Below are positions 31,080 through 48,104 of a stretch of 64,000 bases of DNA, piece by piece. Where the stretch lies: assembly GCF_009914755.1 (NCBI RefSeq), contig NC_060929.1. One strand, written 5' to 3'. Under the pieces are notes generated by a model. That model made no database searches. It saw only the letters and a program-made list of their open reading frames with translations, and was not told the origin of the DNA. How positions within the stretch are numbered: the stretch's first letter is position 1; each line of letters begins with the position of its first letter. Source of the DNA: the human T2T-CHM13v2.0 reference genome, Homo sapiens. The position numbers were made by a program, and so were the translations under genes.

Positions 31080-31320
31080 GAGTAATACAGAACTGGACGC
31101 TATAATCTCCAACTCTGCCTCAATTAGCTGTGTGACCCGGGGCAAGTCCCTTGCCATCTCTGAGTATCAGTCTCCTCCTCTGTCAAATACCAATGACCAT
31201 ATCTTCACTCTTCCCAACTCACAGGCTTTCTTGAGCATATTAAATGAGAGGACAAATGGGAAAGCTCTTTGAGAGCAAAAGGCACACCGGTTACACTATT
31301 TGAATGTAAGGTATTATTTT
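31080..31320 (+). mobile_element. MIR SINE
   Basis: 'ctctgcctcaattagctgtgtgacccggggcaagtcccttgccatctctgagtatcagtctcctcctctgtcaaat'. Confidence 0.75.
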
Positions 31321-32110
31321 AAATTCCGTATAAAGGGGAAAAAAGTAATATGCCAGCACAGCTTTACAGGCCTACTGTTTTTAAAAAATAAACACACACA
31401 CACAAAACAGAAACCTCAACTCATTTTATTTTCCGCTGAAGTTTCTGAGCAGGAGATTAGATCTGACCCTATCAAATCAACGTCCCCTCTGAGCCACAGG
31501 ACTCCCATTTTGTGTCCAAACATGCAGGGGCTCACACAAATGATAAAAATTCAAATGAAGCAGCCAAGCAGCTGGATGGGAATGTTGCTTCCAGCAAAAA
31601 GGGAGAGCAAATAACTGCTAAAATTAGTAAAGCGAATAGACTGAAATATATTTTTACCCCCCACAACGCATTGCCCAGACCCGTGGGTTTTTTACAGGCC
31701 TATTTCTTCTGAAGTTGGGGTTCTCTACTCCCCTTTGGTAGCAGCAGCAAGACACAGCTCCCCGAGATGGGAGGTTGGGGGAGGTCCCAGGACCTCTGAC
31801 TCTGCAGGCATGCTGACTGTAGAACAATGAATCCACATTTTTGAATACGAATATTTCAATCAGAATTACACAAACATTATCAGATTCCCACAGAATGTAT
31901 CTTCCTGAATGACCTCAGTGAAGCCCATTTTAATTCTTTGATCAATTTCCTACAGAGTACAAAAGGTCCTCATTTTTTAAATTTACAAAATAAGATTGCA
32001 ATGCCTATCTCAGAGGTTGTTTATGAAGATTAAATAAGAAGTTGAATGTGAAAATGTTTCCATTTCCAATCTACAGAATTTATAGTAAAGGACTAAAACT
32101 TTTGCCTCTA

Positions 32111-32388
<278 letters not shown>

Positions 32389-33129
32389 AAAAAGTTCAGG
32401 GCTCCTGAACAGCAGCCCTGGTTATAGGTGAGGTCCATCCCCCATCCTGTGTTCCTGTCTGCCACCCCATGCCCATTTAGAAGCAGCCAGCCCAGCGAGC
32501 CTCCACCAACCCCTTCCCAAGAAAGAAGGTGATCTCTTAGGAAAAGTGGAAAATAAAAGCTTCTGACAAACATCATCAAGGAAAGGACTGAAGCCACTGC
32601 CAGGTGAGGGGCTTGCTCATTCACTTTTCTCTCTATTTTGGGTGATTTCATCATTTGATGTTCATTTGCTTTTCATCCTTATGTGCTTTGGCTAAAGTGC
32701 TAAAGAAAGGATGTCATGTTTGGGGTAAAACCCCTCTCAAGTTTCGGCTGGTGAATGCTTGATGCACCTCCCCAGGTACCTCCTGCAGCTACCCTAGGGG
32801 ACAGGGCAAAAGAACAAGGTGAAAGAACCCAATCGCTGGAGGCAGCTGTGATTTGAAACAACAAAAAAGTGCCCTTTATTTGTCATCAGGGACTTGAGTT
32901 CAAACTCACACTCTGTTAGAAGCTTCTGTGACCTTGGGTCAACTGCTTAATCTCTTAGCCTTGGATTCCTTCTGAAGACAGAAGAGAGCACCTCCCCCCT
33001 GAAACGCTAGGTGAATGTTTGCTGATTCTTAGCCTGCTTTTCAGGCACTCAGAATCCTTTTAGGGGTGGAGAGTGAGAGACACCCAGATGTGAAATCATT
33101 AAGTAGACGTTAATATGCTTAGAGAATTT

Positions 33130-33605
33130 CCTTTTACCTTCCTGCTTCTGTGTCCCTTATTCAGACCCAATTGCCATTTGGGGATCCACCTTCCTCCCAC
33201 TCTCACTTCATGATATCCTGACCAGCGGTATGGCTGGTGACTTCAGGAAACCCAACAGCACACAGCATTAATTAAGTGCATGAATCACATGACCTGAGTC
33301 TGTCCAATCCCAGTGAGCTTTAGCACTTTTGTGGGATACACTGGACTAGAGGCCATCTGTCTTCCACTGGACCTGGAGCTGTGAGGAGGGGAGGCTGGCA
33401 CTCACCATGAAGGGGAACCCCCAGAGAGGGGCAAAATGGAGGGAGAAGCCAGGTCCTTACACTCCATATCAAGTATATCTGAAGCCCAGCACTCCTCACC
33501 TTCCACCCTCACTGGACTATCCAATTACATAAGCCATAAGTCCTCTTTTTGTTTGAGCTAGTTGGGTTGGGGTTTGTTATTTGCAACAAAAACGTCACCA
33601 CTGGT
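33130..33605 (+). mobile_element. Old MaLR LTR (MLT1K/L-like)
   Basis: 3' end 'aattacataagccataagtcctctttttgtttgagctagttgggttggggtttgttatttgcaacaaaaa'. Confidence 0.55.
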
Positions 33606-36085
33606 ACAGTGTGCCCTTAAAAGTCAAAGGGGACCCTCTGCTGAGACAGCCATGCTTTGGAAAAAAGATCCTGAAACTTCACCTCCACCAGAACATTCAG
33701 AGAGTTGTTCTCCCAGATTCCAACATCAATTACACTGAACAAATGCTCTCTCTATGTTGCGGACCCAACTGAGAGGTGGCTGGCCATGGTGCAGGTACAC
33801 CAGGTAGACATCTGTCTGCAGGACGCTTGGGCATCTTCTCAACTGACTCATCTATAAGGGCAGGGACTATGCCGGGTCATCTCTGCACACCAAACTCCAA
33901 TCAGCCCAAGGAAACTTCTATAAGCAACCAATAAAACCTCAACAAACTCTGAGAATCGTATTCACCTTTCCAGAGGAGTCATTTCTCCAATGCAAGTAGT
34001 AGTTATCAAACTAGAGTCCCAGATATTGTTTTTGAGGCACTGATGAGGTGAGAGAGCCATTGAGGGGCAGAGAATGGAGCTGAGAAGCTGGAGCCCCGAA
34101 GAACAGGGTAGGGGCAATCACTGGCTTGCAGTACATGGGAGAACCAGCTCTGTGCACCATCCAACTGCACTGACTGCGCTCAGACCCCGGCCCAGGTCTC
34201 CCCACTATTGGCTGCACTCTTATCCCGGAAGGCTGTGGGTCACTGTCTCCATGGAGCCAGTGCCCATCCTACCTGCTCATTTCTGGGACACACACTCCCT
34301 GACTTCCTGGAGAGTTCAAAGCAACATTCAACATTTTGTGAAAAGGTTTTTGTTTTTTTTTTTCTTTTTAATGCAGGCCCTGACGCATTTCTTGGAACCC
34401 AATGGCAACCTTGGCCAAGAAATATAACCCAAATAAGAGCATGTAGAGACCAGTGGGGTGCGTTAGAATGCACAGGATTTTCCAACCCTGGTTGCCTGAT
34501 CTGCCAAGACACTGTGGCTTATTCACCAAGCCCAACTTGTACACCTTGGAAGCCCTCACCACAGCCACAGGAGAGAAATGGGCCAAATGCAGAGTGAGTG
34601 AGGCCAATCAGGAGAGAGAGTGTTGGCAGGTCTTGCTGATTTAGAGGAGAGGTCTCCCCTTACAGATTATTTCCAGTCCTGGCTCTGCTCCGGCTGAAGC
34701 AGAGAGATTAAAGATTTGTTAAAAAAACAACACAATCTTAAAATAATGAAAAGACAGGTTTGTTGTTTTTTACAAAAGAGCTTTAAAAGATGAACTCATT
34801 TTGATGAAAAGAATAGAATTAGAACATAATGGTCAGTTGCATCCTGTACTTCGTTTCCTAATAAAGAAAGATTGCCAAGCAGCAATGAGATAAAAGAGAC
34901 AGAAACAAATGATTTTAACTCACAGATAATTAACCCCAGAGGCTGGTGGATAGCACATTAATATGCTGGGGCAAATAGCTTAATGAGGTTTGAAAAGGGC
35001 TTCAGTGTTTATATGAAGAAGATAATTTCAAGGGTTCCTGAAAAGCAAAGAAATGCCTCTGGCTTGGGGACTGGTCAAGTAACGAAGATGACAAATGTCA
35101 AGCTTAACTTCTGCTGGGATCTGAGAGATGAGGGTGAGTCTCCTGGGTAGGGTGGGGACCTCAGCAGGTATACAGGGAGCACCATCATCTCTCTCCACTT
35201 GTCCTGGAGGGGCAGGATCAGCGTGCTTCAGGCTGGCTGACACCATCCTGTCTTTTGGTCCTTAGGAATGTGCAGTGGTTCATACCCTTTAGGGGTCATG
35301 ACCTCTTCGACAATGTGACTCTTCCCCACAAATTCCAGATAGTGACCTATGCCCAAATATTGCAATGCAACCTCTAAGGAGACCGCTAGGCAAGCACGAG
35401 TGATTAGGGGTTCATTATCCTGCCCACACCGACCTATAGCTTGCCCGTCATAACCACAGAGGTTTAGCTCATGTGCATGAACACAGTTTAAGCTCCTTCT
35501 AGCAGAGGGACCCACAAGTTGTTAGAAAGGGCAGAGGAGCTCTCTGAGGATGGTAGTTAAGGAAAGTGAGCATTCCCAGGGACTGGTGGGAAGAGCAAGC
35601 TCAGCAAATAGGACCAGGTATCCTGGAGCTATGGGGTTCACAGTCAAACAACCTGGAAGGCCCTGTATCTGTGATCTGACCTTTGTGAGAAACGGAGAGA
35701 TGACATAAAGCCAAGTCAGCCCTGGGACATGCCAGGCATCTAACACTTTTTCAGTGCCCACTCTGTGTCAGGGACAGGGGACCCTGGGAGGCAGACATCT
35801 GACCCCTGCGTTTCCAAAACTTGTGCCTGCACAGCAGCATGAGAGCTGTCCCAGGGCAAAGGCTACAGGTACCAGGTGAGTGGCGCTGTGGCTCTTGGGG
35901 AGGATTTACATACCTCAGGTTCGGATAGCATCACTGGCAGATCCATCGTGAGCCCTGAGCTATCCACCACAAGGTCCTGCTGCCTCCAATCCCTGGAGAG
36001 AGCTGAGCTCAGCCAGAGGATGGGATGGTTTATATCTGTAATGCTTAAGGATGATTTCTGACACCAGTGCTCAGAAAGCCCCTGA

Positions 36086-36384
<299 letters not shown>

Positions 36385-36525
36385 GTTTGTCTTTAAGTTC
36401 TTAAAGGCACCATCTTAAAGGCTTAGTTCTTCTGATTGTAGAAAGAGAGAATTAGAGCATAAAGTTAAAGAAAGACTCTGACAGAGGAAAGGGACCAGAA
36501 TAGGCTAAGTTTAAGATAATTCTTC

Positions 36526-36935
<410 letters not shown>

Positions 36936-39629
36936 TTACTTGAGAAAGGCCTCTATGTCTATGGCCAGGCCTGTAAGAGCTCTAGTAAAAATTACCCATG
37001 CACTGAGCACTGCCAACATTGCCTGTCCTGTGCCAAGGCGTCTGCACACACAGTCACCCCTCCCAATATGTCCACGAGGCTGTGTGGACACCGAACACAT
37101 CCCTGCACAGAATCTTCCTTTGAGGACCAAACCATTGCCTGTGGTCTGGATGAGGATGATTTTGCAAACCCTGAGGGGATTTTTCTGGTGTCATTCTGGG
37201 GGAAAAGTTTCACCCTCTGAGACGGTGAGCAGGCAGGACTCTGAGCTGCAGCTGCTTGTGGCCATCCTGGAAGGCTACCTGGAAGAGGCCAATGTGCCAG
37301 GAGAAGGAAGGACAGGATGAGTGTGAGAATTCTTTTATCAGCTGTTCTTGAAGCCAGATCCACCCTTAGATTCTGCAGCTTCATAGGCCTTTCAGGCTTC
37401 AGCCAGCACAAGTTGGGTTTCTACAACTCAGAATTGGGACTGATGGTTTGTACTATTACTATCCGCATCCTTTTTCAGGTAAGGTTGAGTAACTTACCTG
37501 AAGTCACACTGTGAGTAAGCTGCCTACCAATTGGTCATGATCAAAACTGGGCACCAAATCACTACTTAAGCAGGACACATCGGCTAGGTGCACCATGCAC
37601 TTCCCATTCAACTTCAGGCAACTAAGCACAATATAGTTTCCCAGCAGCTGAAACAAGGCAACGCAACCCAGAAAGAGCCAATTTCTGTGAGGTTGGGAGA
37701 CAGGAGATAGATGTCACTCTCAACTTCTTTGAGCCCAGTGACTGTAGAAGAACACTCAGTGCCTCACTGCATGTGAGAGAGGGTGGCATGGGGGAAGGAA
37801 AAGCCATCTCTTTCCCCAGATGGCAGTCTTGAATTGAAAAAGACCCACGGCTCCAGGCACTGTCAAATCTGGATGGCTCCCTTTTAAATTCCCTACATCT
37901 GCAGCTATTAAAGAAGTTACCCCAAAATAACCTAGGAGTTTATTAATCTGTTTCATTGAAGACAGTCAGCCACTTCACATTATACCAAGATAGATTAGGC
38001 AGGGAACTGAGAGATCCAGAAAACATCTGCTACACAAAATCAAAATTAATGGTAAACAGAATGCAGTTCTTGATAGCTGAAGTTCACCCAGATGCAGAGA
38101 ACTATAAAGGGGCTATTGGAGGCAGCTGCCAATTAGGGACCGATTCCACGGGTTTTCAGAAAGTGAGGCTCTAGTTTCACACTCGGGACTGGCAGGTCAT
38201 GTTTGCTTAGGAGATCTGCACTGCAAAGGAGCCAGAGCCATGCTGAGTGTGCATGTGATGGTCACCCCCTTTTTTCCTTTTCCCTGAAGACAGCAGCAGC
38301 CCTCCTCTCCCGGGTTCCCTCACAGCCTTGCTAGAAGCCAGGCCAGGCTGGACAGGGCTGGAACATGTGCGGGAGCCAGCGCTGGGAGGTGGGCAATGCA
38401 ACATGACATTGGTGCTCATCCCCAAACTCGCAGCCCCTAATCACAGCACAATCACGGACATCTGGAATAGCTTACAGATCGCCCTATGCTCCTCAGAGAT
38501 GGCTGACAAGGGCTGAATTATCCCAGCCATTTGCTCAGCTTACTCAAGTGTTCGCTCATGGCTGTAATTCAACATGATGGGAACAGTCAGAGAAAAGTAC
38601 CGGTTTGAGTAGATGAATTTTGGCAGTCGCAATCAGCATTGGCCCTCACAGTGGACACGGGAGTATCTTAGAAAGGTAAGGGTGGCACCTTTTGCTGAAG
38701 CTTCAGAAAAGGGTGAAATTAAATTTTAGATGTCTGGAGGGAGTTATAAAAATACCTGCACTGGAAAGCACAGAGAGATGCAGCCATCACTCTTTCCCAT
38801 GCAGCTCATATAGGGAGGTCCCAGGCATGAATATCCAGGGTCATACGGAACTGTCCTGAAGGAGGAATGGCTCTGTCTCCCTTGGGGAGGCATGCACCCT
38901 TCCCAGAGGACACCCTATCAGTCTCGTAGTCCTGCCACAATCTTTGCTACTGTGTCTACCTTCAAGTCCCACAAATCTAACTTGGAAACAAAGCACCCCC
39001 AGCAAGTCCCTCTCAGCTCTCTGGGCTTGGCAGCCAACATAAGGTACAAACACCCTTGGATGTGATGAAGCAAGATCAAGTCACTTAAGCAACCACCACC
39101 CACTAAAGAGAGGTTCAGGGCATCAGAGAGGCACCAGCCCAGAAGCATTCCTCATCCCTACTAAAAATTAACATGAAAAGGAAGGAGTCTCATGTGTGCA
39201 GTGCTATCTGCTCTGTGTCACAGGTTACTCAAGGGAAAGGGAGGTAAAGAACGTGAACATTCTCTGAAAACATCAGAACAACCAAGAAGATATTCTTATT
39301 ATTGCTGTCACACTGTTCTGTACATGCACAGCCCATGGAGCACAGTCTGGTGCCTGGGCACTCTGAGGAAGCTCTGCCTCTTCCTGGGCTCTCTAGGGCA
39401 GGGTTTGCAAAAGGCACTGCATGGAATGCCTGCCCTGAGATGGTTAAAAACAACACAATTAATTTTGTTAAATCCCACAGAAAACCAAGTTTGGAAAATG
39501 CTGCATATTACATTCCCTGTTGAGAGTGACATTTTGTCTATGAAAAATCATGAGAGATTCTCCAGTCAAAATATCATCATCATCAACAACAATGAAAACT
39601 AAAGTTTACTGAGTCCAACATTTTCCAAG

Positions 39630-40037
39630 TGTATTACTGTCCTAGGGCCACCATAATAAACCACAAACTAAGTGACTTAAAACCAGAGAAATGGATTTTC
39701 TCCCAGTTCTGGAGGCTGGGAGTACAAAATTAAGGGGCTGGCAGGGCTATGCTCTCTCTGAAGGTTCTAGGGATGGAGGGTCCCTTGCAACTTGCCAGCT
39801 CATGGTGTTTGCCAGCAATTCTCTGCTTCCATCATCACACGATGTTCTCCTTGTGTGTCTGTGTCCAATTCTCCCTTTTCTTGTAAGGACCTCACTATTG
39901 GATTAGGGCCCACCCTAATCCATTATGACTTCATCTTTATATCTGCCAAAACCCTATTTCCAAATAAGGTTCCATTCACAGGTTCTGGTTTAGGACTTTG
40001 ACATGTCTTTTTGGGGAACAAAATTCAACCCATAATA
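39630..40037 (-). mobile_element. MLT1B/C-like solo LTR
   Basis: 'tgtattactgtcctagggcc...ggattagggcccaccctaatcc...caaaattcaacccataata'; flanks ccaag/ctaag. Confidence 0.8.
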
Positions 40038-41885
40038 CTAAGCTTACTTGAATTTTCTTCAGTGCATCAGCCAGGAAAATCTAATGATAGCCATAGAACA
40101 TTTCTTTAAAGGTGCCTTTCCAGAACCAAAGGGCCCAGTGCCTCACTTGTATATTACTGGGAAGGGCCAGAATGAAAAGGCAACACCCACAAAGCAAATG
40201 TGTAGCTTGCACTTACTTTAAGAAACAATTGTTGATTAACTACTGGCCCTGGGCTAGAGCTGTGAGGAATGTGGGGATGAAGAAGGCAGGAGGGTCTCTG
40301 ATCTCAGGAAATTAACCTGATAGGAGCCCTTCCCTCTCCAATTAGATAGGGTAAGCTAAACACTTCAAGAAAGAGAGTTGGAAAGGATGAAGGGGAGGTG
40401 GATTTGACAAGGATGAGGGACAAGCATGCAGGAATAGTCTAAGGCCAGAGGCAAGAAAGCTAGACTGCATGACATCTACGGCTGGAGGGGAAGAGGGGGA
40501 AATAGGGCAGAGGACAGGTTTAAGGCACACAATGCATTCACTTTGCCCCTACTGTCGCTAGTTCCCACTATGATTTGGCTTGGACTCGATTTCCACTGCT
40601 AACATTAGCCCCTCTCACTTCTCAACACACATACTTAGTCAAGAGTTTCCAAAAGTCACATAATGTGAAGTTGCAGTTGGTTAGCCATTTGTGGCCCTAA
40701 ACCTTCAATGGAGGGGATGCTCCTGAGTCAGGTACAGTATTGAAATAAGGCAAACCAAAACAGGAAACCTCCTCAGGTTCTGTGACTGGGAGCTTCCTCT
40801 CTAGACCTGAAGACTTTCTAGACTCTCCTGGGCCTTGTAAGCTGTGCAGAAAAATCAGCTATTACTCATCTGTTCCTCTTTCAGTCCGGGGTCGAGTCAG
40901 AGCTGGGAACCAACCCAGGTGTTCATTGCTAGACAATATCTTACTTTTCTTTGACAGAAAAATAGTTTACTGAAGCACCATAGTGCTTCTATTCTTTTTA
41001 TACTTGTACACTGTTCTGGAGAAGATTAACAACCCCACAACCCAAGTCAGTGAGTCAGTGAATTCCCAGACCTAAAAATACTTAGAACCAGCCGGCAAGG
41101 TCCCACTCCTTTTCTTCCTGCCAGGTTGTAAGCATTGACGTTACAGCACTGGGCTATTTCAGGAACTCTCAAACATTCAACTTTGACAGAAACAAGCAAG
41201 AAAGACATCAGTGCACAATAGGAAGAAAAAAGTTTCTGTGATGTTAGAACAAATTTGCTAGTACAAACCCACAGTGTATGTTCCTAAGTCAACCATTTGC
41301 GAAGGCTGACACTTCCAGCGGTGGAGAGGTTACAGATGAATGGAGTGCAGCCTGACTACACCTTCACTCCTCCTCTGGACACTCTCATTCTTCTGGGAGT
41401 TTGAAGTCATAAGTTCACTCAGACCTTTTTCATGCATTTGAATAGAAATACATGGCTCTTTTATAACCCCAGCCTTATTAGAGACATTTTCAACACAAGG
41501 ACAGTAAGATTCCAAAAAGGTTAAGTTTATATGTGATTTTACAATGCAAATCAATTCCAAACATTCACAGTCGGGATTCTGGCATAAACAGAATATTATT
41601 CAAAGCCAAAGTTCATGTCAAATTCTCCTCTCCTTATGGCTATTTCTTTCCAACTTACATGGTCACAGTACCCATTGTGAACACTACTTTCCATAAGAAA
41701 CCTCCTTCCCAGCTCCATCAACCTTCATCCATTTGGTTTTGATATTCAAACAATGCAGTTTGCTTTACATATTGTCCTATAGTTCAGAGGACATCGAGTC
41801 CGAAGCCGAAGATAATGGCAAATGGGAATGTAAGCCAGAAAGTTCATCTTAGAGTCAGATTATCCAGATCCTATGACCCTAGGGA

Positions 41886-41906
41886 TCCAGCACCATGGAC
41901 AGCAGC
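41886..41906 (+). promoter_or_regulatory. Candidate RE1/NRSE (REST binding site)
   Basis: TCCAGCACCATGGACAGCAGC versus consensus TTCAGCACCATGGACAGCGCC; 16-nt core identical, canonical 2-nt spacer. Confidence 0.75.
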
Positions 41907-44529
41907 ACACTACCAGCTGGACTCAATATAGTGTGAAAAGTTTGTGTTACCAAGGTCCCAGGCATGAATATCCATGTATCAAAGCATGTTGATAACATAG
42001 CCATTCTATGTCTTTTGCTGTGTTGCATAACACAAGAACTAATCAGGAGGCAAAGCAATGTTAGATTTAGTAGTCAATATAGAATTTGCTAATTTCTTTT
42101 AGATTGTCTCCCTCTTTGGAGACAGTACCACAGAGAAGGATGTGGTGAAGGGTAAAACCAAAGCCACATTCTAGACCAGGAACTCATTTTCGTTTCTGAT
42201 CTCATCATTCTATCCATGTAATAAAAAGATGATTGTTAATGATTCCACAAATCATACAAAAGGCATCCCTTATTAGAGACTAGGTATTACTGAAAATGAA
42301 TAAGGGAAACTTCAATTTCCACTAAAAGATTTCTGAAAGTAACACCCATATATGTTTACCTCAGAGACCATAAAACAAATGTGCTACAGGAACTCTGGCA
42401 GGGGAAACAGAACATCATGGAACTGTTTTCAAAAGGAAAATTAATTAGTTATTTCTATTTCAGCTTAGCTGAAGCTGTAAGAAATCTATTCAGAAATATT
42501 TTTCACAGTGGCATCTCTTCCCAGATATTGAAATACCACAAACCATAGGCCATTTTTTGTGTTGTTCACGTTGCTTTGCTGGGTAAAACTAATAATTATT
42601 CCAAACTTCACTCAAGAATGAGGCTTCTCTTAAGAGACCAAAAACATGATTGCGAATGAGCCAGTTCTTCAAGTATCCCACCTCTGGTACTTGAAGGTAG
42701 AAGTCATAGTTTTCACAAGCAAACCTGGCCTTCAGTCCATGCAGTCCCTACAGACAAGTGCTAAGCAGTCAGCACCCAGAAAAGGCCGCATGAAATTTCA
42801 AAGAATGAGCTGCCCACAGTCTGAAGTTCATCTTAGTTTCAGCAAACTACTTCAAAAATGTCAACACTGAAAATAAAATGGGTATGAGTGCATTTTTCCT
42901 ACCTTCTCTTCTTGTGACTTCAAAGCTTCTGGGCTCCTGCAAGAAAAGAAAGACTTTGTGTTTTCTGAAGAATAATTCATATGTACAGATACTTGCAAAT
43001 ATCTCCTCTCTTGTTAGTCACACATTTATGAAAAGGTGAACAATCTACGAAGAACATGACACTGAGCAATGTTGGTCTACTAAACTCTCAACATGTACAT
43101 CTATAAATGTAAACAACTTGTTGCTTTGAGGGCTTAGGCAAAAAAAATCCTGTTAATCACAAAGTTTTTAATGAGCACAGCTCATTCTCAGGGCCTTCCT
43201 TATTTGGAGTATGGGCTGGTACCAAGTGTTAAGGAAGACCCTCTTCCAGGTTGATGACCCACCCTCTGCCTGAACTGTAGGTGCTTTTAGGGACTGAAGA
43301 AAACATAAGCAGATGGGCTAAAATTATCTGGCCAGCAGCAGGTTCTGTTTTGTGGTGCTATGGTGAAGACCACCACTGCTACTGGATATGTCACTGACAT
43401 CACCTGATAATAGATTAAACACAATTTATAGTTTCCAAAGGGTGAGATCCTATGAACAATTTGGATAGCCAGTTCATGCCACTGGACTAAATTAAGCCCT
43501 TGGGTTTTCTTAATTCAATCCTATCTTTATTGATGCTTACTATGCGCAGGGCAATAAGCAAAGTGTTTCAGAAGTTACCCAGGTAAAACTGAGTACCTGC
43601 ATTGATATTCACAGTTGATTAGGGGGCCACAGAACAAACACAAATTACTGAGAAATGAAAGGGTGATTTGTCTTGTAAATACCAGCATTTCACATTCCAG
43701 TTGGAAACATAAGGAAAAGTGTTTTTAAAAGAACCTTTGAAAATAGCACTGAAGAACAGGCAGATTTTCAGACAAAAATGGGGGAGGGAGGGTGGACCAG
43801 GAAGAGAGAATAGCATAGGAAAATGTTGGGTGGTATGAAAATTCAGGGTAGCTCTAGAAGAATGAAAAGTCCTGGTGAGAACTAATGGGGGGAAAGACTA
43901 GAAATGCATATTGCAGTTTCATAACTAATATAAAGTATCTCCAATTCATCATAAACGACATGTTTTGGATAAAAAGCCTAAGGTTAAAAATAAGCTGAAA
44001 GTCCATACTAGCAACTAAAGAAGAGAAGAGAAAACACCAAACTGGGACTACCACCTCAACACCGCAGCCAAGAAGGTAATTCAGCAACAGTGCTTTTTAA
44101 GGTAATAGCATTGTCTTTCACACCTTAGCATTCTTGTCTAGCATCCTCTTGTCAGAAGGGGGAGGCAATATTAGAGATGAAACTAAGAGGGCACTGGGAA
44201 GGTTGTCCTACCCAAATTACATTCCCTGACTGCTACCTTTCTACTGAGCAAAAAGCCCTGGTGGAGATCAGTGGAAGATCCATGTCACATGCCAACAGCC
44301 CATCACACAAACCAAACTCTGGTTCCTGAAGGAGTACTCATCAGGTAAGGGTTCAGAGGAGGCGGCATAGAGATGACAGGTTAAATGCAGGAAACATAAG
44401 CCACAGAGCGTATTTTGCACAAAACAAACCCAGCTCCTCCCAAACTGTTCCTCAGTAACCTGCTCCAAGGCCTGGCACCTCTGTTTCTTGAAACAACTAG
44501 TATTCATGGAACAGGAGATATTCATAATC

Positions 44530-46259
<1,730 letters not shown>

Positions 46260-47289
46260 TAAATCCCAAAGTCTGATTCCAATGCCTATGCACACAGCAT
46301 TCCAACTTTAAAAATAGTCATGATAGTTAATTCCTAGGGACATTGTGAAAATTTTATGAGATAAACTTCTTCTTTGTGCCATAAAAAAGTAGCTTGTATG
46401 AGACTAATCCTTCTGCTATCAACAATTATAAAAGTGGAATTAAAAAAAAGTTTTTGAAGGCATCCAACAGCAACAAAAGCAGCCAGAATTTAAAGGAAAG
46501 TTATGAGAGAAAAGTCCATTGAGATGAGCCCCATATTCACTGCCACATTTCCCCTTTGCGACATTTGCTGTTTTGCATAGAAGCCAAACAGAATATAATA
46601 TTCTAGAACTTAGAGAAGTCTCTCTGAGATGGGAAATAAACATCAGAGTGCAAGGCTACCAAAGAAGCCAGAAAATGAGGGTCAGAAACCCTGGAAAAGG
46701 AAACCAGAAAGAAGTGAGCTCAACATTTTCGGCTTCCCCTTGAGTTATATGATTATGCCTGAGCTACACACATAAAGGGCAAAAGGCTGAGAAACAAGTT
46801 AAAAAGTAGCCTTGAACAAGAAAAAAAAAAGCCTCAAATAATAAAATCTAAGTATAGATTTTGAAAGTACATGGTACTAAAGAGACAAAAATTAGGCTTT
46901 CCAAGAAATAGTCGCCCTGACAAATGCAGCAGACTTACTGCTAAGACCATATATTCTCAAATTATTCCTATTCTTGAGTAGATAAAGATGATATTCCAGG
47001 ACTCTATCTGTCTAACAAGGAAAAATAAATCCTCTGTGGAAATCTATAAAGTGATCCACAGGCTTTACAATTTTTCATATATAATCTCCAGCATCCAGTC
47101 TAAAATTACCAGGCATAGCACGAAATGGGATCGAATGGCTAAAATCCAAGAAAACAGACCACAGAAACAGAGCCACATGTTATCCAGATCTTAGAATTCT
47201 TAGGCACAAGCTTTAGAATAACTATGGCTAATATGTTTAGGAAAATAGGAGAAAAGATGCTGAATTTCATTATAAAACTAGAATCGAAT

Positions 47290-47428
47290 AAAAGACTACA
47301 CATTGGGTACACTGTAAAATGCTCAGGTGATGGATGCACCAAAATCTCCGAAATCACCACTAAAAACCTGTAACCAAACACCACCTGTTCTCCAAAAACC
47401 TATTGAAACAAAAATAAACAAAAAATAA
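47290..47428 (+). mobile_element. L1PB-like 3' terminal fragment
   Basis: 'agactacacattgggtacactgta...gtgatggatgcaccaaaatctc...aaacctattgaaa' plus A-rich tail. Confidence 0.75.
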
Positions 47429-47981
47429 TCAAACAAAAATTTCATAACTGAAAATGAAATAACTGAAAAATTCAATAGGTGGATTTAACAACAGATTAAA
47501 CACAACTGAAGAAAGGAATAGTAAGATGGAAGCTAGATCAGTAAAAATTAACCACACAGAAGATCTGAAAGGAAAAAAGATAAAGAATGAAAAATACAGA
47601 AAAAGTATGAGACACTGTAACATCATGAAGAGTTCTAACAAGCATGTAATTAAATTTTCAGAGTGAAAATTCAGAGAAAATGGGCAGAATCAATACTGAA
47701 AGAGACGCTTGTTGATACTTTTCCAAAACTAATGAAAGACATCAAGCCAGAAATTTGGGAATCTCCACAAGACCCAAGCAAGATAAATACAAACACAACC
47801 ATACCTAAGTACTCAGTAAAATAGTTGAATATTCAAAGACAAATAGAAAATCTTTAAAACAGCCAAAGGGTGGGTGGTAGAGATGGGGAGAACATTGCCT
47901 ATAAGGGAGCAACAGTAAGTGGGATAGCTGATTTTTCAGTAGGAAATAATGGAACCAGAAGACAATGGAATGCCATCTTTA

Positions 47982-48104
47982 GTTTTTAATTTTTTTAACT
48001 TTTATTTGAAGTTCAGGGGTATATGTGCACATTTGCTATACAGGTAAACTGCATGTCTTGGGGATTTGGTGTAAAGCTCACCCAGGTAATAAGCATAGTA
48101 CCCA
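47982..48104 (-). mobile_element. L1PA15/16-like 3' terminal fragment
   Basis: 'ttttaacttttatttgaagttcaggggtatatgtgcac...cacccaggtaataagcatagtaccc'; TSD ccatcttta. Confidence 0.75.

Noticed and set aside
35274-35400. Possible MER117-like DNA transposon remnant
   Set aside because: Too degenerate to call by eye.
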